64,000 bases of DNA from Octopus vulgaris (GCA_951406725.2 OX597830.1:76632001-76696000); one strand, 5' to 3'; shown: positions 13,479 to 26,218, counted from the first letter of the stretch. Notes: generated by a model from the sequence alone, not told the origin. Program-made: numbers and translations.

Positions 13479-13880
13479 ATTACAAGGAAAAATGAGCACA
13501 CACGGAGGTTAATATTCTTTCGCTATTAAACCTAGGAAAGTACAAAACGTGTTTACACTTGGAAAAGTACAGGACACGCATATTTATACTTAAAATATTG
13601 CAGCTATAGTTGAAATTTAGAAATATATTTAGATTTCAAAATAGCAGTTAACCTTAAATTTATTATTAGAGTTAAGTTTTTTAATTATTGAGTAACTGAT
13701 AAAAGCTATTACTTTTAGTTTTTAGATCTAATATATTTTAAAATTTCAACTATAGCTGCAATATTTTAGATATAAGCATGCTTGTCCTATTCTTTTCCAG
13801 GTGTATAAACTCGTCCTGTACTTTCCCAGGTTAATAACTTAAGAATATTAACCTCCATGTGTCCGCATTTTTCATTGTAA
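13479..13880. repeat. Foldback element with ~170-bp imperfect inverted arms
   Basis: ATTACAAGGAAAAATG..GGAGGTTAATATTCTT..AATATTGCAGCTATAGTTGAAATTT pairs with AAATTTCAACTATAGCTGCAATATT..AAGAATATTAACCTCC..CATTTTTCATTGTAAT. Confidence 0.88.
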
Positions 13881-15346
13881 TCCACTTTATTTCCAAGCAA
13901 AGCAATTAAACTAATAAATAGTGACAATTAATAATTCATAATTTTACCTGATAAATTTTTTTCATTTTATTTAATACTTTTGTAAAATAATTTTTCAATT
14001 ATTTTTCATGTCTGATGATTGAATTAAAATAAAAATATGTATTGATCTAAATAAATTTAAAAAAAGGATTGTAAGAGCGCTTTAGTTACCCTGATTCGTG
14101 AGAAAATCGAAAATCGTTGCTAAGATTAAAAAATGAACGAACACATCCACCCTGTGGCTTGTGGAGCTATGCTCTCAAGGCAGAGCATCCACCACCTTTG
14201 TAGAGAAAATTATGAGAATAAATTAATAGAAAATGCTTTACGCTAGAAAGGTAGTGCGTATCTACAACTTGATGTCGGACTTGAAGCAGTGTTAGATTGC
14301 CAACATATTAAATAAGCTGTAAATATATGTTAGTTCGTTAGATCACACACACACACACACAAAAAAGTAATTAATAAATCAGTGAATGGTGAATCTGCAT
14401 TTTCCTTATTGTAGTAGTCAAAAAACGCAAGTTGCTGTACTGCAAATGCTAAATATTGATTCAAACAACTTAAATGCAAGATATAAGCATTTAATATATC
14501 AGTCAATATATCAGTCATTCATGATAAATAGTAAATTAATTATGAGAATTATAATTCTAAGTTTAATTAAGTATTCAATTTTATTGCATATTTTTAGATT
14601 CCTCTCGTTTTGATTTATCCTTTGAGATTAAATAAAATAGAGATTGCTTTTAAATAAAGTTTATTGAAGAACAAATCAATTGGAGACTTTACTTATTTTT
14701 TCGGCCCTTTTTGCTTCACAACTTCTTTATATTAAAGATTCTTTTAATAAAATTGCCTTTTTCTATACCCCTCTTGTTCCGTTTTATCATTTAAGCTTAA
14801 ATAAAATATAGTTTGCATTAAAATAATAAAGTTACTTTGATTCAAAGTCGATGTTTCGTCTTATGGACCTCACATATTGTAACGTAACTTTTTTCCATTG
14901 AACCAAATTTCTATATTTTATACCAAAATGTTGCTTGGGAGGTGACGGTTATGGAACTTGTGATAGATATGTATTTGCTTGAGAAATGAGTTAGAGACAA
15001 AGCTCTGAAGAGGCTTTGAGTGAGTAAATATCGGCCTTGAGAATATTATTTAACCACTGCCGTGGTTGAATGATATGTATGAGTTGTGACGTGCTCCTGT
15101 AATCCAACTGCTCGCAGACTTATTTGCTTGGCCCGTTTAAAGATGGGAGTCCTGGTAGTCGGTCTTCTATGGCAATCGGGTGTCCGTGCTAAGCTTGACA
15201 TCAATATGGTGCTGAAGAGGGAGCTCATCAGGACCAGGTTGTCTAAGGAGGGTCGCTTCGGGCCAGAGCGGAAACGGAGAAGGCAAAAGACCCCGTGTCG
15301 AGCAGTAATAGGATCTCGCCTGTGACTAGTCAACCTTTTAAATATA

Positions 15347-15765
15347 GGCGCAGGAGTGGCTGTGTCGTAAGTAGCTTGCTTACCAACTACATGGTTCCAG
15401 GTTCAGTCCCGCGGCGAGACACCTTGCGCAAGTGTCTTCTACTATAGCCTCGGGCCGACCAAAACTTTGTAAGTGGATTTTGTAGACGGAGACTGAAAGA
15501 AGCCCATCGAATATATATATATATTATATATATATATATATGTTTGTATGTATATATTTGTGCGTCCGTGTTTGTCCTCCCAACATCACTTGACAACCGA
15601 TGCTGGTGTGCTTACGTCCCCGTAACTTAGCGGTTCGGCAAAAGGAACCGATAGAATAAGTACTAAGCTTACAAAGAATAATTCCTGGGGTCGATTTGCT
15701 CAACTAAAAGTGGTGCTCCATCATGGCTGCAGTCAAATGACTGAAACGAATGAAATCATAAAAGA

Positions 15766-15766
<1 letters not shown>
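15347..15766 (+). mobile_element. SINE family A, full length (tRNA-like head, internal microsatellite, LINE-like tail)
   Basis: GGCGCAGGAGTGGCTGTGT..GGTTCAGTCCC..(TA)n..CTTGACAACCGATGCTGG..GGTGCTCC..CAGTCAAATGACTGAAAC. Confidence 0.9.
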
Positions 15767-15805
<39 letters not shown>

Positions 15806-15942
15806 AACACGCACACACATACACATGCACCTACACACACATACGTGTGTGTGTGTGTGTGTAGTTGTATGAAAAGGAACACCCGAGTTGATATGCATAA
15901 GGAAAATAAGAAAAAGGTAGAAAATGGTAAAATAATTCTATC

Positions 15943-15988
15943 ACTTTAGCACCGGTTTCAGTCTTTGCGACTTCTTCAAATTACAGTA
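15943..15988 (-). ncRNA. Decayed minimal hammerhead motif
   Basis: Minus strand: TTGAAGA-AGTC GCAAA GACT-GAAA-CCGG-TG. Stem II is perfect, but the triplet is GUG and stem I is eroded. Confidence 0.5.
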
Positions 15989-16278
15989 AAACATTAAAAA
16001 AAAATTAAATTGTGGAAAAATGAAATGAAATGTTTTTTTTTAATATGTCCATAATTTTCAAATGCAAGGAGCATTTTTTTGTCTGTGTCTCTCTCATTTT
16101 TAATTCTTGTAAAAGCTTTGTAGCAGGCAGTAGGTAGTAGCAGTCCTAAAAGACTATTTGATATGAGTTCTTGTGTGCAGTGCCCAGTAGTGCAATTTTC
16201 TGTATGCTATATATATATATATATTTGTAAGTCCTGGTGGTTTTTTATGTATTTATCTGAATATTATTATTATTATTA

Positions 16279-16388
<110 letters not shown>

Positions 16389-16392
16389 TTTA

Positions 16393-16449
<57 letters not shown>

Positions 16450-16450
16450 C

Positions 16451-16622
16451 CACCGAGGTCGACTTTGCCTTTCATCCTTTCGCGGTCGATAAATTAAGTA
16501 CCAGTTGCATATTGGGGTCAATCTAATTGACTGGCCCCCCTCCCCGAAAATTTCAGGCCTTGTGCCTAGAGTAGAAAGGATGATTATTATTATTATTATT
16601 ACTATTATTATTATTATTATTA

Positions 16623-16685
<63 letters not shown>

Positions 16686-17085
16686 CCGAGGTCGACTTTG
16701 CCTTTCATCCTTTTGCGGTCGATAAATTAAGTACCAGTTGCATATTGGGGTCAATCTAATTGACTGGCCCCCTCCCCGAAAATTTCAGGCCTTGTGCCTA
16801 GAGTAGAAAGGATGATTATTATTATTATTATTACTATTATTATTATTATTATTATTATTATCATTATTATCATTATTATTATTATTATTATTATCATTAT
16901 TATTATTATTACCACCGAGGTCGACTTTGCCTTACATCCTTTCGCGGTCGATAAATTAAGTACCAGTTGCATATTGGGGTCAATCTAATTGACTGGCCTC
17001 CCCACCCCGAAAATTTCAGGCCTTGTGCCTAGAGTAGAAAATATTATTATTATTATTATCATTATTATCATTATCACTATTATTA

Positions 17086-17136
<51 letters not shown>

Positions 17137-17265
17137 CCGAGGTCGACTTTGCCTTACATCCTTTCGCGGTCGATAAATTAAGTACCAGTTGCATATTGGG
17201 GTCAATCTAATTGACTGGCCCCCCTCCCCGAAAATTTCAGGCCTTGTGCCTAGAGTAGAAAAGAT
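16451..17265 (+). repeat. Four tandem ~130-bp SINE-B 3' fragments, each followed by (ATT)n
   Basis: The unit CACCGAGGTCGACTTTGCC...GTGCCTAGAGTAGAAA starts at 16451, 16684, 16913 and 17135. Confidence 0.93.
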
Positions 17266-17296
17266 TATTATTATTATCATTATTATTACTATTATT

Positions 17297-17347
<51 letters not shown>

Positions 17348-17949
17348 ATTATTATTATTATTATTATTAGTTATTTTTATTTATGGAGTTGACCTAAGAG
17401 GAGGAAGATCAGTTTACCGTCGCGAGACCTGGGTTGTAATTTATGTTTCCTTCGAGTTTCTTCGTTCGCTCTGAATGTCGCTCTTGGGTCATTACATTGA
17501 TTCTCGCCCTTGTGTTAACTGCTATTAATTTGTCATTTATTTAATGAACTAGCAAATACGGCAGTAGTTTATCACTTTTTACGGCTCTTGCTGAAATTGT
17601 TGTCCGGTTTTGTTTTCTTTTTTTCGATTTATTACTTTTGTTAAGGACAAAGCACTCCTTTGTAGTTGTCGTTGTTGTCGTTGTTGTAGTTGTTGTAGTT
17701 GTTGTAGCTATTGTTGTTGTTGTTGCTCTTGTTTTTGGTGTTGTTGTTTTATAGTCGTAATATTCCGACACTGAATTGTTTCGTTTTGTGGCTCAATTTA
17801 TTGATACTTGTTTTTGATGTTGTTGTAGTTTTCATTGTTGGTGCTATTGTTGGTAGTGCTGCTGCTGCCGCTGCTACTGCTGCTGGAGGTGCAGCTCTTC
17901 GTCTTCTTCTTTCCTTTGTCGTCGCCATCCCCTCGTTCTCATCACCAAG

Positions 17950-18587
17950 ACCAGCACCACTGTCATCGTCGTAGTCATCGTCGTAGTCATCGTCGTAGTC
18001 ATCGTCGTGGTCGTCGTCGTCGTCGTCATCATCGTTATCATCATTGATATTGTCGCCAACACACAAACCACCACTACCAGTATCAACATCAACATCGTCA
18101 CCATCATCATCCCTATCAACATCGCCGCCGCGACCACCGCCGCGACCACCGCCGCGACCACCGCCGCGACCACCGCCATATCACTATAGTCATTATCTTT
18201 ACCATTATGAAGGGACAACGACGGCGACCACAACCACCGCTATCATCATCATCATTATCATCATCGTCATCGTTATTTTCTTCTTCTTCTTCTTCTTCTT
18301 CTTCTTCTTCTTCTTCTTCTTCTGCTTCTTCTTCTTCTTCTTCTTCTTCTTCTTCTTCTTCTTCTTCTTCTTCTTCTTCTTCTTCTTCTTCTTCTTCTTC
18401 TTCTTCTTCTTCTTCTTCTTCTTCTTCTTCTTCTTCTTCTTCTTCTTCTTCTTCTTCTTCTTCTTCTTCTTCTTCTATATCATCATCACGACGACGATGA
18501 CCACCGCCACCACCACTATCGTCATCATCATCATCATTATCATCATCGTCGTCGTCGTTAGTTTCTTCTTCTTCTTCTTCTTCTTTG

Positions 18588-18618
<31 letters not shown>

Positions 18619-18620
18619 TT
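17950..18620. repeat. Compound trinucleotide microsatellite (TCG/TCA/TTC/CTA) with a 12-bp CGCCGCGACCAC repeat
   Basis: Direct reading; includes a ~195-bp (TTC)n tract at 18278-18475. Confidence 0.95.
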
Positions 18621-18964
18621 CTCTCCTCCTTCCTTCCCGTAACCCCTTCTTCCTCTCCTACCCCTCCCTTTCTCTTCCTTCTCTTCACTGTTCTTTTCAA
18701 TACTATTTATATTGTTTTTCTATTGTCGGTCGTCGTCCTTGTTTTATGTCTGTTATTTTACCTGAGTTGACCTTCATTTTACCAAATAGTTGTATTATTA
18801 TTATCATTATTGTTGTTGTTGTATTTTAATTACTGATGTCGTCATTGCTATTGTCGCACTTGTGGCATTTTTGTTTTGCACATATCCTCCTTTACCTTAG
18901 GGGCGATTGGGGGGTGGGGGTATTTGTCGGTGACTTCATTAATCAATTACGAACGTTAAGACAC

Positions 18965-19290
18965 TTGGCTCAGTAGTTAGAGCATCGGACTCAAAATCAT
19001 GAGGTTGTGACTTCGATTCCCAGACCTGGATGTGTGTTGTGTTCTTGAGCAAGACACTTTATTCCACATTGCTCAAGTTCTCTCAGCAACAGAAATGAGT
19101 TGCGACGTCACTGGTGCCAAGCTGTATCCGCATTTCTCTTGGATAACATCGGTGGTGTATAGAGAGGAGGCAGGCACGCAAGGGCGACAGTTGGTCTTCC
19201 ATAAACAACCTTGCCCGGATTTGTACCTCGGAGGGTTACTTTCTAGGTGCAATGCCATGATAATTCATAACCGAAGGAGGTCTTTGCGTA
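18965..19290 (+). mobile_element. tRNA-derived SINE (family C-like head)
   Basis: TGGCTCAGTAGTTAGAGC (A-box)..TTCGATTCCC (B-box)..TTCTTGAGCAAGACACTTTATTCCAC. Confidence 0.75.
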
Positions 19291-19297
19291 GTTAAGT

Positions 19298-19507
19298 CAG
19301 CGAGAAGGCAGAACTGTTACTGCACCGGCAAAGAATACTTAGCGACATTTCGTCTCTTTACGCTCCGAGTTCAAATTCGGCCGAGGTCGACTTTGTCTTT
19401 CATTCTTTCGGGGTCGATAAAATATGTAGCAGCTGAGCAGTCGGATCGATGTAATCGACTTTGCCCTCCACCTAAATTGCTAGCCTTCTTTCAAAGTTTG
19501 AAACCAT
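19298..19507 (+). mobile_element. SINE family B, diverged
   Basis: GAGTTCAAATTCGGCCGAGGTCGACTTTG..TTCGGGGTCGATAAAA. Confidence 0.8.
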
Positions 19508-19549
19508 TAAGAATTATTTAGTTAAGGCGACAAGCTGGTAGAATCGTTA

Positions 19550-20081
19550 CTTAATTCTTTACTGCCCATAAGTGGTTACACACAGAGGGGACAAATAAGG
19601 ACAGTCAAACGGATTAAGTCGATTATATCGATCCCAGTGCGTAACTGGTACTTATTTAATCGACCCAGAAAGGATGAAAGGCAAAGTCGACCTCGGCGGA
19701 ATTTGAACTCAGAACTAGCTGCAGGCGAAATACCTATTTCTTTACTACCCACAAGGGGCTAAACACAGAGAGGACAAACAAGGACAGACAAACGGATTAA
19801 GTCGATTACATCGACCCCAGTGCGTAACTGGTACTTAATTTAATCGACCCCGAAAGGATGAAAGGCAAAGTCGACCTCGGCGGAATTTGAACTCAGAACG
19901 TAGGGGCAGGCGAAATACCTATTTCTTTACTACCCACAAGGGGCTAAACACAGAGAGGACAAACAAGGACAGACAAACGGATTAAGTCGATTATATCGAC
20001 CCCAGTGCGTAACTGGTACTTATTTAATCGACCCAGAAAGGATGAAAGGCAAAATCGACCTCGGCGGAATTTGAACTCAGA
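19550..20081 (-). mobile_element. Head-to-tail SINE-B trimer (~184-bp units)
   Basis: Units are joined at GAAATACCTATTTCTTTACTACCCACAAGG (junctions at ~19735 and ~19919). Confidence 0.9.
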
Positions 20082-20495
20082 GTAATACTTCGAAAGATCG
20101 GCCTCCCATTCAAGGTTATGATTTCATTCATTTATGCGTCATAGAAAGCGGGCAACCAACCCAATGAGTCCTAGGGCTGAACACGCACTCGCGCACACAC
20201 ACACACATGCGTGCAAACACAGGGACGCACCCACACATATACATACATATAACAGGTTGATATGAACACGCACTCAAAAACCTGTACACAGAATGATTGC
20301 TACATATACATTCCTAGAGGGAGTCCTTTTCTCATGCAACTCACATACCCGCAGATAAACATTCACACATACCTACACACATACGCTTAAATATACATAC
20401 TCACACATACATATATGCGCGCGTGTGTTTGTCCATGTGCGTGTATGTGTGTGTCCATGTATGTGTGTATACGTGTGTGTGTCCGGGTACGAACG

Positions 20496-20572
<77 letters not shown>

Positions 20573-20589
20573 GTATATATGTATGTATG

Positions 20590-20623
<34 letters not shown>

Positions 20624-20645
20624 CATATGTATGTATGTATGTATG

Positions 20646-20726
<81 letters not shown>

Positions 20727-21184
20727 CGACTGTGAGAGAGAAAGACGCAGAGACAAGATGGCGGTAATTCAGTGATAACCGAAGTAATTTAAACTTGTCT
20801 GTGTTATTGTACTATTTATACATATGAAACAAAACCATGATAGAATAGCGAAAGGTCACTTCATGGCTGACTAACAATGGTCAGGAAATAAGGAACCTAA
20901 TACTGCCTGATCTTATCTTGAAGACTTGATCAGAAGTATTACGATTCAAATGAATTTTTACGTGGTACCGAGCTCAAGCTGTCACCCTCGACAACACGCT
21001 TACAAATGTTGAAACATACGTATACAGGCGCAGGTGTGACTGTGTGGCTAGAAGCTTGCTTCACAACGATGTCGTTTTGGATCCAAAACCCTGAGTGGCA
21101 CCATGGGCCAATGCTATCTATGTATGGTCACTTATGAATCATCCTGTATATATATATCTGTGTGTGTGTATGCATGTATCCATT

Positions 21185-21222
<38 letters not shown>

Positions 21223-21241
21223 TACACACACACACACACAC

Positions 21242-21306
<65 letters not shown>

Positions 21307-21310
<4 letters not shown>

Positions 21311-21465
21311 CTTAATTCTTTACTGCCCATAAGTGGCTACACACGGAGGGGACAAATAAGGACAGTCAAACGGATTAAGTCGATTATATCGATCCCAGTG
21401 CGTAACTGGTACTTATTTAATCGACCCAGAAAGGATGAAAGGCAAATTCGACCTCGGCGGAATTT
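21307..21465 (-). repeat. Local copy of 19546-19704 inserted in (TA)n
   Basis: Shares private variants (CCCATAAGTGG, GACAGTCAAA, GATCCCAG) and the GTTACTTAATTC junction. Confidence 0.85.
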
Positions 21466-21587
21466 ATATATATATGTGGGGAGAATTTACCAAAAAAACT
21501 AATGACGAAGCCTGATGGTGTAGACAACAAACAGAAGTATTAGTTTAGCGCTCGAGAAGTGAAAATGTCTGTAACGTTTCGAGCCTT

Positions 21588-21647
<60 letters not shown>

Positions 21648-21649
<2 letters not shown>

Positions 21650-21891
21650 TTTATTAATAAAGCTATAAAGATATCACAAAATCTGTTAATCAGAGTTTCA
21701 TGCTTCCGTTCATTGGTAATTTTTGGTTTAGTATGGAATAAAATATGATTATATGCAGCAATATAAATATGCACATATTTATGCATATAACCATATTATG
21801 TTCCATTCTAAACCAAAAGAGTCCAACGATCGGGAACCTGAAACTCTGAGTAATACCTTTGCGATGTCTTTGTAGCTTTATTAATAAAGTA
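21648..21891. repeat. (TA)n-flanked foldback cassette with a decayed hammerhead motif (+ strand, 21813-21861)
   Basis: Arms TACTTTATTAATAAAGCTA..CAGAGTTTCA / TGAAACTCTG..TAGCTTTATTAATAAAGTA. Motif CCAACGA..GAAAC-TCTGA-GTA. Confidence 0.7.
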
Positions 21892-21958
21892 TATTACTCT
21901 ACCTCCAGAATTCGAGTACTATTTTCTCTAGCTGGTTTCGCATTTATGTGCTTACGCT

Positions 21959-22025
<67 letters not shown>

Positions 22026-22523
22026 GTATGTATACTCATTCATACACATATCTGCATACATACACATAACTAAAATGTTCGTAAAAACGGTTAACATACA
22101 CACACACCACGTAACTGGGTGGCATGGACTTCCAAAGCCCTATGTTCACAGATTCAATTACATTTCGTGGTACCTTGAGCAAGTGTTTCTACTATAGCTT
22201 CGGGCCTATTAAAGTACTGTGAATAGATTTGGCAGACGGGAACTGAGAGAAGCCCGAAATATATATATTTACATATATATATATATTTATATATATAATT
22301 AATCAATATAGGGTGGCAAAAAAAATTTTGTAGAATTCTTTTGCCTCCAGCGGCCTAGTGGGAAAAAATTAAATAGTCATAAACCATTTTTACGTTCAAC
22401 ATCACAATCAAGGAACGGCCATAATAGGCCATTCACCCACTAGAAATAACAGCCAAAAGCTTTAACCGCAAAATAACATTAATACCGTAAACCAGGAGAA
22501 AATTGAAAAACTTTTACCCTGTA

Positions 22524-22630
22524 ATTTCTTAGACGATGCACCGTTTCATCTACCGTTTAATGGTAAACTAACCTGATTAAATTAAATCAAGCCAATCCAC
22601 CATAGGCCCTTAGACTCATCAGTAAGAAAT
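22524..22630 (-). ncRNA. Hammerhead ribozyme, canonical core
   Basis: Minus strand: ATTTCTTA-CTGATGA-GTCTA..TAGAT-GAAAC-GGTGCATC-GTC-TAAGAAAT, with an 8-bp stem I and a GUC triplet. Confidence 0.9.
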
Positions 22631-23013
22631 AGCCAAGTCGGAACAGATATTTTTCACGAGGCATTCCTCTTGCTACCTCGGCAATATCTGACCTAAAATT
22701 TTCAAATCGTCGCACTCGCGCCAAATTTATCGGCAGCAAATAAATATAAGCTACCGATTCCCTTACGGAACTAACCAGAAAATTCATAATTAATCAATAT
22801 AGGGTGGCAAAAAAAATTTTGTAGAATTCTTTTGCCTCCAGCGGCCTAGTGGGAAAAAATTAAATAGTCATAAACCATTTTTACGTTCAACATCACAATC
22901 AAGGAACGGCCATAATAGGCCATTCACCCACTAGAAATAACAGCCAAAAGCTTTAACCGCAAAATAACATTAATACCGTAAACCAGGAGAAAATTGAAAA
23001 CTTTTACCCTGTA

Positions 23014-23120
23014 ATTTCTTAGACGATGCACCGTTTCATCTACCGTTTAATGGTAAACTAACCTGATTAAATTAAATCAAGCCAATCCACCATAGGCCCT
23101 TAGACTCATCAGTAAGAAAT
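23014..23120 (-). ncRNA. Hammerhead ribozyme, canonical core (second unit)
   Basis: Identical to 22524-22630, 490 bp away. Confidence 0.9.
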
Positions 23121-23400
23121 AGCCAAGTCGGAACAGATATTTTTCACGAGGCATTCCTCTTGCTACCTCGGCAATATCTGACCTAAAATGAGTCTAAGGG
23201 CCTATGGTGGATTGGCTTGATTTAATTTAATCAGGTTAGTTTACCATTAGATGAAACGGTGCATCGTCTAAGAAATTACAGGGTAAAAGTTTTTCAATTT
23301 TCTCCTGGTTTACGGTATTAATGTTATTTTGCGGTTAAAGCTTTTGGCTGTTATTTCTAGTGGGTGAATGGCCTATTATGGCCGTTCCTTGATTGTGATG

Positions 23401-23444
<44 letters not shown>

Positions 23445-24516
23445 GCGTGGTGTGTGTATGTATGTGTGTGTGTGCGTGTGTGTGTCTGTGTGTGCGCGTG
23501 CGCATGCACAAACGCACACGCCCAAACGAGTAACAAAACAAAAAAGAATTTCTCAGAAACCTTAGAAACAACAACAAAAAATGTATCCAAAATTTTACTT
23601 GAAAGAGGAGACACGTTTGTATAAATATAACAAAGAGAAACAACAACGAACACGAAAAGCACGCACATACCCTTACACGTACACATACACACACATACAC
23701 ACAAGCACATGCGCACACATGCTCACTCACTCATTGAAGACAACCACCTTTCCTTGCCAAACCTAGAGCAAGAATCTAGCTCTTCAGCAGAAATAAAATA
23801 TAACATAAAATATATAACGTAAAGAACTACATACATTGACCAAAACGAAACTGAAACCTAGTCACTCCCCTCTTATCAAAATCCAGCAGAACTGACGGAT
23901 ATTAAACAAGACAATAACAACAACTACATCATACCATCCTTGTTTAGTGATAACTGCTCATTATCTGTAGAAAATTGGCAACGAAGCACCACGGCACTGT
24001 TCATTCATTCTTCGCTTGATTAATTCCTTTTTTGCTCTGCTGTCTTTATAGACCTCTTCCACCTACATAATGACAACTTGTAACACCATAATCGTTTCAA
24101 GAATACAATTTCATTCAATGCAATTTACATTTATCTTATTCATCTCAATAATACTTCACCTTCTTCATGTGGCTTCGGCGAAATATTTAGTGTTTTTTTT
24201 TTCTTGTTTTCTGTGAAGTGCTGCATTTTTTGTAATTATTTTTTAGGGATTGGGTAGGGGGTAGATGGCTGTTTCGTTCCTTCTGTTTATTGTTGTTTAC
24301 GTCTGTGTGGTGGTGCTCTTATTGTGATTGTTCTTTGTAGTTGTTGTTGCATTTTTTTTTTGTGTTTTTGTTGTTCAAGCGGCTCTTCTTTTGCTGTTTT
24401 TACTGTAGCTGTTGTTGATGATGATGATGATGATGATGATGTTACCATATTCTATCTATTATTTATTTGTATGATTTTTTTTTGAAGTTTTTACATTTTT
24501 CTTTTTGCGTGTGTTT

Positions 24517-25000
24517 AAGGCGACGAGCTGGCAAAATCGTTGGCACATCGGGCAAAATGCTTAGCGGCATTTCGTCCGTCTTTACGTTCTGAGTTCAAAT
24601 TCCGCCGACGTCGACATTGCCTTTCACCCTTTTGGAGTCAATAACAAAAGTACCAGTTTAACATTCGGGTCGATTTAATCGACTTAACACCGCACCTCAA
24701 AACTGCTAACCTTGCGCCAAAATTTGAAAACAATATTTTTGTGTTTATTTTGCTCGGAGGTCTTTAGTTTTGGTGGGTAGGACACAAACCATATCTGTTG
24801 CAGTTGAAGTGGAGGTGAATAAGAAACGGGTGGACTTTGATGTGCCGAAGCGTTAGCACGCTAGCCAAATGCTTAGCGGCATTTCGTCCGTTTCACCCTT
24901 TTGGGGTCGATGAGTCAACTACGAGTGAAACACTGGAGTCGGCGTAATCGACTCGTCCTCTCCCGCTAAATTTCAGGCCTTGTGCCTATAGTAGAAAAGT
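24517..25000 (+). mobile_element. Two diverged SINE-B copies (24517-24733, ~24850-25000)
   Basis: AAGGCGACGAGCTGGCAAAATCG..GAGTTCAAATTCCGCCGA; the second ends TTTCAGGCCTTGTGCCTATAGTAGAAAAG. Confidence 0.75.
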
Positions 25001-25136
25001 TTATTATTACTATTATTTCTGCTTCTCCCCTTCTTCACACTCAAACTCTAATCTGTTCTTACAATGCCGATGTGGTAAATAAAAGTAACGTTTATTATTA
25101 TCACTATCACAGTCATCATCATCATCATCATCGTCG

Positions 25137-25174
<38 letters not shown>

Positions 25175-25379
25175 GTCACGAAGATCCTCATTACGATAAT
25201 AAGAATAAATTCTCTACTACAGACTCAATGTCTGGAGTGGGGAGTCGATTACATTGACCACGTACTTATTTTGTCGATACCATTTGTGTCTGTTCTCTTT
25301 TCTTTTTCTATTTTTACAGGTTCATACTCAGAATTGTTCCTTTCACACTGGCCATTTTTAATAATTGAAGTCGCTAGGA

Positions 25380-25600
25380 TGGAGCAGCTACGAGAGTCAA
25401 ACATAAAGGTTTATCGTTTTGTCATTGGAACATTGGGTTCGATACCACCCTACAATCTGGATGTATTGCAAAAGTCGGCATTACTTGGAACTGCACGCAT
25501 ATTGCGTTAAGTACTGTCTGTCTGATGTCCTTGTGACTTGACAAAGAGTACAACAATCTCACGGTATTGTATACTGTGCGTCGTCTACTATAATAATAAT
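25380..25600 (+). pseudogene. Dong/R4-type retrotransposon 3' end
   Basis: FVIGTLGSIP..LQKSALLGTARILR(*)VL is a typical C-terminus after the RLE domain. It is followed by a short UTR and (TAA)n. Confidence 0.7.
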
Positions 25601-25607
25601 GATAATG

Positions 25608-26218
25608 GCTCAAATTTTGCCACAAGGGCAGTCATCTTGGGGAAGGGAATGTGTCGATTACATTGACCCCCAGTGTTTCACTGATACTTAATTTATCGAC
25701 CCCGAAAGGATGAAAGGCAAACTCAAACACAGCGCAATTTGAACTCAGAACGCAGCGACGGATGGAATACTACTAAGCATTTCGCCCGGCATGCTGACAT
25801 TTCTTATTTCTTTATTGCCCACAAGGGGCTAAACATAGAGGGGACAAACAAGGACAGACAAGGGGATTAAGTCGATTACATCGACCCCAGTGCGTAACTG
25901 GTGCTTAATTAATCGACCCCGAAAGGATGAACGGCAAATCGACCTCGGCAGAATTTGAACAAAGAACGTAACGGCAGACGAAATACCTATTTCTTTACTA
26001 CCCACAAGAGGCTAAACACACAGAGGACAAACAAGGACATACAAACGGATTAAGTCGATTACATCGACCCCGGTGCCTAACTGGTACCTAATTTATCGAC
26101 CCCGAAAGGATGAAAGGCAAAGTCGACCTCGGCGGAATTTGAACTCAGAACGTAACGGCAGACGAAATACGGCTACGCATTTCGCCCGGCGTGCTAACAT
26201 TTCTGCCTGCTCGCCACC
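25608..26218 (-). mobile_element. SINE-B cluster including a head-to-tail dimer (~184-bp unit)
   Basis: Same GAAATACCTATTTCTTTACTACCCACAAG junction at ~25980; head-end CTGCTCGCC at ~26210. Confidence 0.88.

Larger units (their letters stand above)
22295..23400 (-). mobile_element. ORF-less HHR-bearing cassette: 1.8 tandem copies of a 490-bp unit plus an inverted partial copy (PLE pLTR / retrozyme-like)
   Basis: The unit starts ATAATTAATCAATATAGGGTGG at 22295 and 22786. 23188-23400 is an inverted copy, and (TA)n flanks both sides. Confidence 0.9.

Noticed and set aside
14930-15335. GC-richer stretch containing CTGAAGA and TCATCAG as an HHR or exon
   Set aside because: No consistent stems or splice-supported ORF; probably an unclassified TE fragment.
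15347-15420. tRNA genes at SINE heads (also 18965, 45967, 56472, 59027, 62238)
   Set aside because: A/B boxes are present but there is no full cloverleaf, and each continues into a repeated SINE body.
16451-17265. CRISPR array
   Set aside because: The repeats are ~130-bp SINE fragments, the spacers are (ATT)n, there are no cas genes, and the DNA is eukaryotic.
18044-18829. Poly-F, poly-E and poly-S ORFs of 97-261 aa
   Set aside because: They derive from (TTC)n and neighbouring trinucleotide repeats.
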